A DNA stretch of 10,299 nt from Octopus sinensis. Lineage: Eukaryota. Position numbers and translations under genes: made by a program. The notes under the pieces were generated by a model that saw only the letters and a list, made by a program, of their open reading frames with translations, searched no databases and had not been told where the DNA came from. The stretch covers positions 1 through 10,299 of the forward strand of contig NW_021827484.1 in the NCBI RefSeq assembly GCF_006345805.1, read 5' to 3'. Position 1 is the first letter of the stretch; every line of letters begins with the position of its first letter. Below are positions 1-7,698 of this stretch, in pieces.

Positions 1-252
1 GTAACCTACTATGGTGTGGTAAACTTTCAGACCTTAGTCTACATTGCGAATCCTCTGTACTCCAGGATGGTTCAGGTCAAAAGCCACCGTTACGGAATGA
101 TGATAACAACGTAGCTTTCGCACCCGTGCAACCGCCAGTCTATGGCGTGTGGTGGGTGGATCTTCAAGTTGCCACACGCATTCTTAGTAGTTTAGAGTAG
201 GCTCGAATTAAAGATTATTCTTTGTGGCTAATGGCGTAAGTCCAGATTGGAT
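1..252 (-). pseudogene. Degenerate continuation of the same RLE domain and ORF C-terminus beyond the (AAG)n tract
   Basis: Frame-hopping minus-strand translation gives YAISHKE*SLIRAYSKL, WQLEDPPT and TP*TGGCTGA. These resemble the consensus ISxKExEKIxKYxDL, RLWxL and VPIVIGxxG in the expected order, but with several stops and frameshifts. Confidence 0.5.
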
Positions 253-490
253 GAAGAAAAAGAAGGAGAAGAAGAAGAAGAAGCAGAAGAAGAAGAAGAA
301 GAAGGAAAAGAAAAGAAGAAGAAGAAGGAGGAGGAGAAGAAGAAGAAGAAGAAAAAGAAGGAGAAGAAGAAAAAGAAGGAGAAGAAGAAAAAGAAGGAGA
401 AGAAGAAGAAGAAGAAGTAAAAGAAGGAGAAAAAGAAGAAGAAGAAGAAGAAGAAGAAGAAGAAGAAGAAGAAGAAGAAGAAGAAGAAGA
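253..490 (+). repeat. (AAG)n / (AGG)n purine trinucleotide microsatellite, ~240 bp
   Basis: Direct reading. It generates the poly-K/R/S/F ORFs in the track. Confidence 0.98.
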
Positions 491-604
491 TATCAACTAT
501 ATAGCATACGTGGTGTACCTTGTCCACTACCACTCGGTCCGGTCTGTTGTGCTCTAGCAACCGATGTGTTTGGATTGGGATTCCCGTAGGCTTTTGCAAG
601 TCTC
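489..604 (-). pseudogene. Fragment of a restriction-like endonuclease (PD-(D/E)xK) domain from an RLE-type non-LTR retrotransposon (R4/Dong/NeSL-like)
   Basis: Minus strand reads ETCKSLRE, then after a 1-nt frameshift PIQTHRLLEHNRPDRVVVDKVHHVCYIVDI. This matches the family pattern KILWDFxIQTD..LxHNRPDIVVxDK....CxIxDI, recognised from family knowledge. The RPD codons are at 537-545. The copy is 5'-truncated at 604, where it abuts a (TAA)n tract. Confidence 0.8.
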
Positions 605-1178
605 TATTATTATTATTATTATCATTGAGTGAGAGAGCAGTTCATGCCATCAAAGTGACACTGGGGTAAAATATACGAAGCCCATATACCCATCATGACT
701 ACCCGTCTGATAAGGGCACATCAGGCAATGCATCACAACCATATGTGCGCGACATGGTGATCTCATATCAAGATAAACAGCACATGACCTTGCAGGTGGG
801 GCCCAGTTAGAATTTTCTTCAGGTTGAGTAGCCCATCCCGCTCAAAAGGTCCCTGAATAGGGTTGTTTAAGAATGTTGAAAAGAACCCCCATGTTTCCAT
901 AGGTGAATTATTGAAACCCCAAAGAATCCCTCTCAACGCATGGCTATGATGCTCCCCCACTACTTCTGCTCGTGATCAGAGATGCACATATCGTCAGCCA
1001 CTAAGGGACATGCTCAACTGGTTAAGGTCAAGCAACTGACAAGCCAATCTATGGTATTGAGCAGAATATTTGCTGTAGCCCATCTTTTATACCAAGACAA
1101 AACAATGTACATGATAACACTTCCAATCAGTTAAGATCAGAAGCCATGAGAGCCATTGCCTGGTACTGCATCAGGGCA
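605..1178 (-). mobile_element. ~550-bp interspersed repeat with a 3' (TAA)n tail, probably the 3' UTR of a non-LTR retrotransposon or a non-autonomous derivative
   Basis: Complex non-coding sequence 627-1178 is bounded on both sides by (TAA)n (605-626 and 1179 onward). The minus-strand end is ...ctctctcactc-aatgataataataataa. I recall this sequence as a high-copy Octopus repeat; family assignment is inference. Confidence 0.65.
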
Positions 1179-1197
1179 TTTATCATTATTATTATTA

Positions 1198-1252
<55 letters not shown>

Positions 1253-1292
1253 CATTATTATTATTATTTTTATTATTATTATATTATTATTA

Positions 1293-1343
<51 letters not shown>

Positions 1344-1611
1344 TATTATTATTCATTATTATCATTATTATTATTATTATTATTATCATTATTATTATAT
1401 TATTATTATTATCATTATCATTATTATTATTATTATCATTATTATCATTATTATTATTATTATTATTATTATCATTATTATTATTATTATATACATTATT
1501 ATTTTTATTATTATTATTATTATTATTATCATTATTATTATATTATTATTTATTATCATTATTATTATTATTATTATTATCATCATTATTATTATTTTTA
1601 TTATTATTATT

Positions 1612-1642
<31 letters not shown>

Positions 1643-1738
1643 TATCATTATTTTATTATTATTTTTATTATTATTATCATTATTATTATTATTATTATTA
1701 TTAGATTATCATTATTATTATATTATTATTATTAATTA

Positions 1739-1799
<61 letters not shown>

Positions 1800-1851
1800 C
1801 ATTATTATCATTATTATTATTTTTATTATTTTATTACTTTTATTATTATTA

Positions 1852-1894
<43 letters not shown>

Positions 1895-2013
1895 CATTAT
1901 CATCATTATTATCATTATTATTATTATTATCATTATCATCATTATTATTACTATTATTATTATTATTATTATTATGATTATTATTATTATTATTATTATT
2001 ATTATCATTATTA
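1179..2013 (+). repeat. Long interrupted (ATT)n microsatellite, ~830 bp
   Basis: Direct reading; interrupted by ATC, TTT and single-base slips. Confidence 0.98.
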
Positions 2014-2165
2014 GCAGAAGCAGCAGCTGCAGTGGTAGTCGTAGTATATAGGAACAATCGTGTTTAAATCTTGTATTGTTGCGTAACTTCCATTTGTAAT
2101 TCTTTGTTAATGCGGATGTTCTTAAATTATTTACTTTTTTCTCATGTACAGCATCAGATGTTATA

Positions 2166-2233
2166 GTTGTTGTTGTTGTTGTTGTTGTTGCCGCATTTGT
2201 TATTTCTGTGGCGGTTGTTGTTTTGTTGTTGTT

Positions 2234-2264
<31 letters not shown>

Positions 2265-2266
2265 TT
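2166..2266 (+). repeat. (GTT)n microsatellite, interrupted
   Basis: Direct reading. Confidence 0.95.
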
Positions 2267-2360
2267 AGCTCTTACTGCTTGTTTCAAAAGTCTGGTGCTT
2301 TAATGCAATTATGATAATTACCGAAATGTTATTTAATGAAAGCACAGCAAATTAATAAAT

Positions 2361-2380
2361 AAACAAACAAACAAACAAAC
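2361..2380 (+). repeat. (AAAC)5 microsatellite
   Basis: Direct reading. Confidence 0.9.
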
Positions 2381-2419
2381 AAAAACAGAACATAAATAAA
2401 CAAACACTAATGCTGCTTT

Positions 2420-2420
<1 letters not shown>

Positions 2421-2465
<45 letters not shown>

Positions 2466-2496
2466 GCTACTGCTGCTGCTGCTGCTGCTGCTGCTG
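2421..2496 (+). repeat. Compound (CTA)n-(CTG)n microsatellite
   Basis: Direct reading; source of the poly-Q ORF end. Confidence 0.95.
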
Positions 2497-2540
2497 TAAC
2501 GTACGAATCTTGTATAGTGGCATTTCCTGTTTTATGCGTT

Positions 2541-2575
2541 TTATTATTATTATTATTATTATATTATTGTTGTTG

Positions 2576-2619
<44 letters not shown>

Positions 2620-2671
2620 GCTATTATTAATTATTATTATTATTATCATTGCTATTGTTATTATTATTGTT
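2541..2671 (+). repeat. (TTA)n/(TTG)n microsatellite
   Basis: Direct reading. Confidence 0.95.
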
Positions 2672-2729
2672 GTTGCATTATAATCAGTACCCGGGTTTTG
2701 ATAATTGTTTGCTTGTTTCATATCTGTGC

Positions 2730-2892
2730 GTGTATACATTTATGTATATACTGTACATATGTACATAAATACATATATATACATACACTTTATATATATA
2801 TATATATTATATATATATATATATATATATTATATAAACGTATATGCGCACCTCACACGTATATAGACATACATACGTAAATACCTACACAC

Positions 2893-2926
<34 letters not shown>
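2730..2926 (+). repeat. (TA)n/(TACA)n low-complexity tract
   Basis: Direct reading. Confidence 0.9.
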
Positions 2927-2928
<2 letters not shown>

Positions 2929-3396
2929 ATATCTTCCCGTTTCTACCCCACTATCTCTATCTTGGAATATATTTCATTATTTTCTCATACTTAACTATAA
3001 ATTCTTAATTCTTTTGTCTTTGAACTGCACTTGAATTGCAGTTCATTTTTCCGAAACGGAAGGGAAATTCCAAGACATAATTTCCATACGGTAACGTAGT
3101 TTACACGTGTGTACGTGCGTTTGTGTTGTAATGTTTATAGATTTATATAATATGTGTCTTTGTTCCTGTGGAAATTTTTTTGTGCCTTTTCTGTCTGCTG
3201 AGGTTTCTAAATGTTGCAGCGGCATTTTCGTACGCGGTTTCCCCACCAGTGTTGAATCATACGTAGGAGTGTGTATCGTCATTCGCTTAGAGGAGGATGG
3301 GTTGGGGTTTTGTGAGGAAATTAGTATTCTGTTGTTATAATGCGTTTTCGCAACAATGCAATCGTACATAGACGTATATATGTTTCTATATATATA

Positions 3397-3900
3397 GGCC
3401 TATAGGCCCTTATTGTTTTTTCCTGTCCTGTTTTTATTCCTTCTTCGTACTGTATTTTTTTGTAATTGCATTTTTATTTTGTATTTGTTTTAATTCTATT
3501 GTTTTTACGTCCTGTTTTTGTCAAAAAATTTTCTTTTTCCTTTTTTTTCCTTGTTTTTGCCCCTCTGCGAAGGATTTTTATTTAATTCCTTCGCAGGAAG
3601 GACTAGTTCAACGAGACGTGTCCTGTCCTACCTTCGAAACACGGTGGAGTTGAACTAGGGACAGCTGATGAAGGGGATTTTTCCTGTGTAGTTTGTCTTA
3701 TACCCTGTTTTTTCGTTGTTTAAAAAATGGTCCGTTCCCTGCTTGTTTTTACTTTTTCGTTTCTCGTTTAGTTCTACGTCTAATTGTGGTGTCATGTACT
3801 CACGTATATATATTTATATATGCATGTATATATACATGTAGATGTAGGTACGTACATATATGTATGTATGTATGTATGCATATATTTTATTTATTACACT
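3397..3900 (+). mobile_element. T-rich structured repeat, probable Penelope-like element pseudo-LTR remnant (boundaries approximate)
   Basis: Strong T skew on the + strand and two 10-bp stems (3565-3574/3587-3596 and 3603-3612/3649-3658). It has embedded hammerhead core motifs and lies among TA-rich tracts. Hammerheads in pLTRs are an established hallmark of Penelope-like elements. No RT or GIY-YIG coding sequence was seen, so the class is inferred. Confidence 0.5.
3603..3677 (+). ncRNA. Candidate hammerhead ribozyme with non-circularly permuted strand order
   Basis: Stem III: CGTGT 3617-3621 / ACACG 3639-3643. Cleavage triplet GUC 3620-3622. GAAA 3636-3639. Stem I: CTGTCC 3623-3628 / GGACAG 3659-3664, directly abutting C17 and CTGATGA 3665-3671. 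Weak stem II between CCTTC 3631-3635 and AGGGG 3672-3676. Confidence 0.7.
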
Positions 3901-3925
3901 ATTGTATGACTGAGCGCCCTCGCGC

Positions 3926-3969
3926 CGATTCGATTCGATTCGTTTCGTTTCGTTTCGTTTCTTCTTCTT
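3926..3969 (+). repeat. (CGATT)3(CGTTT)4(CTT)3 compound short tandem repeat
   Basis: Direct reading. Confidence 0.9.
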
Positions 3970-4062
3970 CTCTAAGCCAGTTTATATATATTATATATAT
4001 ATATATACAGGGTGAGCCAAAACTTATGAAAATATTTGACATTTTATTTCTTTTATGTTATT

Positions 4063-4714
4063 GACGAGCTGGCAGAATCGTTAGCACGACGGGCAAAATG
4101 CTTAATGGTATTTCATCCGTCTTTGTGATCTGAGTTCAAATGCTGCCGGGGGCGACTTCGCTTTTCCGTCTTTCCTGTTCAATAATATATATTTCTTTAT
4201 TATCCACAAGGGGCTAAACATAGAGGGGACAAACAAGGACAGACAAACGGATTAAGTCGATTACATCGACCCCAGTGCGAAATTGGTACTTAATTTATCG
4301 ACCCCAGAAAGGATGAAAGGCAAAGTCAACCTCGGCGGAATTTGAACTCAGAACGTAGCGGTAGACGAATTACCTATTTCTTTATTACCCACAAGGGGCT
4401 AAACACAGAGGGGACAAACAAGGACAGACAAACGGATTAAGTCGATTACATCGACCCCAGTGCGAAACTGGTACTTAATTTATCCACCCAGAAAGGATGA
4501 AAGGCAAAGTCAACCTCGGCGGAATTTGAACTCAGAACGTAACGACAGACGAAATACCGCTAGCATTTCGCCCGGCGCGCTAACGTTTCTGCCAGCTCGC
4601 CGCCTTCCTGTTCAATAATATAAGTACCAGTCTAGAACTGGGGTCGATGAATTCGACTTAGCCCCTTCCCCAGACTTACTGGCCTTGCGGTTAAAATTTG
4701 AAAGCATTATTATT
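4063..4714 (+). mobile_element. tRNA-derived SINE (~220 bp), older copy, split by a younger SINE insertion
   Basis: 5' head gacgagctggcagaatcgttagc with A-box-like TGGCAGAATCG and B-box-like GAGTTCAAAT. The body resumes after 4622 (agtaccag...ggggtcgatg...aaatttgaaagcattattatt) and ends in a short ATT tail. Confidence 0.85.
4190..4604 (-). mobile_element. Dimeric tRNA-derived SINE: head (4604-4559) plus two tandem 184/185-bp units (4558-4375, 4374-4190)
   Basis: Near-identical direct units seen directly. The pair is flanked by a perfect 18-bp TSD TTCCTGTTCAATAATATA (4172-4189, 4605-4622). The head GGCGGCGAGCTGGCAGAAACG is homologous to the host SINE head. Confidence 0.92.
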
Positions 4715-5017
4715 TATTTTGTTCATTAATGTATACGTACGTGTCTATTCATCGCTATTTTACTTTATGCAGTTTTAGAAAAAGTGAAGCATGTCTCTGA
4801 CAATTTCGAAGAGTTTAGAGTTTATTATATTCGTGACCTTTGGCTCACCCTGTTTGTATGACAACTAACTGAAGATCCATGAAAGGTAAATTGTGTGCAT
4901 CGTCCTTTATTCTCGACCAGGAGATTCGACGTGTGTGGTGTGTGAAAGTCATTGAAAGGTGCTTTAGGATCCAAAGAAATCCATGACGGTTCACGTGGAT
5001 CATATGTCACAAAACAC

Positions 5018-5396
5018 GAGGTGCAATGGCCCAGTGGTTAGGGCAGCGGACTCGCGGTCATAGAATCGCGGTTTCGATTCCCAGACCGGGCGTTGTGAGT
5101 GTTTTTATTGAGGGCAAAAACACCTAAACTCCCGAGGTTCCGGCAGGGGATGGTGGTGATCCCTGCTGTACTCTTTCACCACAACTTTCTCTCACTCTTA
5201 CTTCCTGTTTCTGTTGTACCTGTATTTCAAAGGGCCGGCCTTGTCACTCTCTGTGTCACGCTGAATATCCCCGAGAACTACGTTAAGGGTACACGTGTCT
5301 GTGGAGTGCTCAGCCACTTACACGTTAATTTCACGAGCAGGCTGTTCCGTTGATTCGGATCAACCGGAACCTTCATCGTCGTAACCGACGGAGTGC
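5018..5396 (+). mobile_element. tRNA-derived SINE, ~380 bp (possibly the octopus tRNA-Arg-related OR type; name unverified)
   Basis: A-box TGGCCCAGTGG 5027-5037 and B-box-like GGTTTCGATTCCC 5070-5082 in a tRNA-like head, followed by a ~310-bp non-tRNA body that I recall as an Octopus repeat. Confidence 0.85.
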
Positions 5397-5536
5397 TTCC
5401 CATGTATGAAGGAATCATTGAATATATGTATGTCGTTCTCTTTCTCTTTTTAGCTTAGAGTAAATTTTGACCGGGCACCTACTTGGCAACAAGGTTAGAA
5501 AGGAAAGCATTTTGCTTTGATCATCATCATTTAAAT

Positions 5537-6337
5537 CTAACCAACCACATGGTTCCGGGTTCAGTCCCACTGCGTGGCATCTTGGGCAAGTGCCTTCTGC
5601 TATAGCCCCGGGCCGACCAATGCCTTGTGAGTGGATTTGGTAGACGGAAACTGAAAGAAGCCAGTCGTATATATGTATATATATATATACCAATTAAGGA
5701 CTGAACACGAAAAGTGGACAGTCAACATGCTAGATATAGACGTCAAATCGCCGTTCACCACAAAAGATTATGTTCTCAGATCAAACTCAACACAAAACCA
5801 TAGCAATAAACAAGTGAAAAATATACGAAAACTAATTAGTACATGGGTAATTATTTTATTTCGTATATTTTTCACTTGTTTATTGCTATGGTTTTGTGTT
5901 GAGTTTGATCTGAGAACATAATCTTTGTGGTGAATGGCGATTTGACGTCTATATCTACATGTTGACTGTCCACTTTTCGTGTTCAGTCCTTATTGGTATA
6001 TATAATATTTTTAATCTTCGGATTCTTTTTTAATATGCTACCACTGGTCTTAATTGATAAATATCAATTCTACCCTTAATTATTGTATATATATATATAT
6101 ATATATGTATGTGTATGGTGTTGTGTGTCTGTGTTTGTCCCCTAGCATGCTTGACAACCGATGCTGGTGTGTTTACGTCCCCGTCACTTTGCGGTTCGGC
6201 AAAAGAGACCGATAGAATCAGTACTGGGCTTACAAAGAATAAGTCCCGGGGTCGATTGCTCGACTAAAGGCGGTGCTCCAGCATGGCCGCAGTCAAATGA
6301 CTGAAACAAGTAAAAGAGTAAAAGAGTAAAAGAGTAA
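5537..6337 (+). mobile_element. 5'-truncated tRNA-derived SINE with an internal (TA)n/(TG)n tract and (GTAAAAGA)n tail, interrupted by a ~400-bp insertion
   Basis: B-box GGTTCAGTCCC 5558-5568. The 5' half (5537-5689) and 3' half (~6087-6337) are both homologous to the intact inverted copy at 7299-7698. Confidence 0.9.
5690..5996. mobile_element. 307-bp near-perfect palindrome (foldback/MITE-like element) in a TA run
   Basis: Arms 5690-5830 (141 bp) and 5859-5996 (138 bp) differ by 3 single-base indels and 1 substitution by my alignment. The spacer is 28 nt. TA flanks both ends (5688-5689, 5997-5998). Confidence 0.9.
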
Positions 6338-6427
6338 GGTCTTACAGACTTTTATTGTCCCAGATATCGTGATCATATGTAGCATATGAACACAAGAATT
6401 TTCCTTGTCTCCCCAAAAATTCAAGTT

Positions 6428-6630
6428 CAGCCATATTCAGTACATCGTTGTTCACCTATCATGCACTCAGTGCATCGCGGAATTTTCTGGTTAATATATG
6501 TAAATTTATATCGCAGACTCCTCAGTATATCGCGGGTTTCTGCGGACGATAGGTACTTGTATTTTTACGATTTTAATTATTCCTGTGGGAGATTTGGAAC
6601 GTAACACCCGTGATAGTCGAGGGTTTACCG
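6428..6630. mobile_element. Degenerate pogo/Tigger-like MITE (~200 bp)
   Basis: The right end, reverse-complemented, reads TA-CGGTAAACCCTCGACTATCACGGGTGTTACGTTCC, close to the invertebrate pogo-type terminus CAGTAATCCCTCGACTATCGCGGG recalled from family knowledge. Internal ATCGCGG motifs are repeated. The left terminus (cagccatattcagtacatcg) is decayed. Confidence 0.6.
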
Positions 6631-6634
6631 TATT

Positions 6635-6924
6635 ATTCTTATATTCTTTTATTTGTTTCAGTCATTTGACAGTGGTCATGCCGGAGCACTGCCTTAAATG
6701 ATTTTAATCGAAGAAATCAACCCGAAGATTCATTTTTTTCTAAGCTTAGTACTTATTCTATCGAAATCTTTTGCCGAACCACTATGTTATGGGTACACAA
6801 ACATACCATCATCGGTTATCAGGTGACGGCGGGGGGAACAAATACAGACGCACACTCATAACTATATATATTATATATATATATATATTATAATATATAT
6901 ATATGGAGAGAGAGAAAGGGAGGG

Positions 6925-6971
<47 letters not shown>

Positions 6972-6976
6972 CAGAC

Positions 6977-7007
<31 letters not shown>

Positions 7008-7083
7008 ATAGATAGATAATATAGAAAGATAGATAGATGATAGATAGATAGATAGATAGAAAGATAGATAGATAGATAGATAG

Positions 7084-7121
<38 letters not shown>

Positions 7122-7280
7122 CGACGGGCTTCCTTCAGTTTCCGTCTACCGGATCCTTTTACACGGATTTGGTCGGCACGAGGTTTAAAGTACAAGACAC
7201 CTGCCCAAGGTGCCAGGTAGTGGGGCTGAAACCGGAACCATGTGGCTGAGAAACAAGCTTCTTACCTCATATCCACACCT
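6635..7280 (-). mobile_element. Older, diverged copy of the same SINE family as 5537-6337 and 7299-7698, with an expanded internal microsatellite
   Basis: Homologous 3' block (tttcagtcatttgac...gccgaacc) and 5' block (cttcagtttccgtctacc...ggaaccatgtgg) separated by TA, GA and GATA repeats. Confidence 0.85.
6926..7120 (+). repeat. (GATA)n microsatellite inside the SINE
   Basis: Direct reading. Confidence 0.97.
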
Positions 7281-7298
7281 AAGTAGTTAAATGGTAAC

Positions 7299-7698
7299 CT
7301 CTTTTACTCTTTTACTTGTTTCAGTCATTTGACTGCGGCCATGCTGGAGCACCGCATTTAGTCGAGCAAATCGACCCCGGCACTTATTCTTTGTAAGCCC
7401 AGTACTTATTCTATCGTTCTCTTTTGCCGACCGCTAAGTGACGGGGACGTAAACACACCAGCATCGGTTGTCAAGCAATGCTAGGGGACCAACACAGACA
7501 CACAAACATATATATATATATATATATACATACATATATAGACAGCTTCTTTCAGTTTCCGTCTACCAATACACTCACAAGGCTTTGGTTGCCCGAGCTA
7601 TAGTTGAAGACACTTGCCCAAGATGCCACGCAGTGGGACTGAACCCGGAACCATGTGGTTGGTAAGCAAGCTACTTACCACACAGCCACTCCTGCGCC
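7299..7698 (-). mobile_element. Full-length tRNA-derived SINE, ~400 bp
   Basis: Minus-strand head GGCGCAGGAG-TGGCTGTGTGG (A-box 7678-7688) and GGTTCAGTCCC (B-box 7635-7645), internal (TA)n, and a (GTAAAAGA)n tail at 7299-7318. Confidence 0.92.

Larger units (their letters stand above)
4008..4852. mobile_element. Tc1/mariner-type MITE (~193 bp once the nested SINEs are removed)
   Basis: Perfect 14-bp TIR CAGGGTGAGCCAAA 4008-4021 / TTTGGCTCACCCTG 4839-4852, extending degenerately ~10 bp further. The left flank is TA within a (TA)n run; the right flank is TT (one mismatch from a TA TSD). CAGGGTG termini are typical of Tc1/mariner. Confidence 0.8.

Noticed and set aside
2128-2151. Splice-acceptor-like TTTACTTTTTTCTCATGTACAG
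   Set aside because: Leads directly into a (GTT)n microsatellite with no credible exon or donor.
215-2880. Long ORFs of poly-K/R, poly-I/Y/L, poly-N and poly-Q
   Set aside because: They are translations of stop-free trinucleotide microsatellites. Only the RLE-like part of the 228..599 ORF and the short C-terminal tail of the 215..496 ORF carry real homology.
3043-3369. 108-aa minus and 77-aa plus ORFs as Penelope RT/GIY-YIG remnants
   Set aside because: No RT or GIY-YIG motif recognisable in the frames I translated.
4190-4558. Direct repeats as a CRISPR-like array
   Set aside because: Two 185-bp SINE units without spacers, in eukaryotic DNA.
5018-5090. tRNA-like sequence
   Set aside because: No complete cloverleaf or acceptor stem, and it is followed by a long repeat body, so it is a SINE head and not a tRNA gene.
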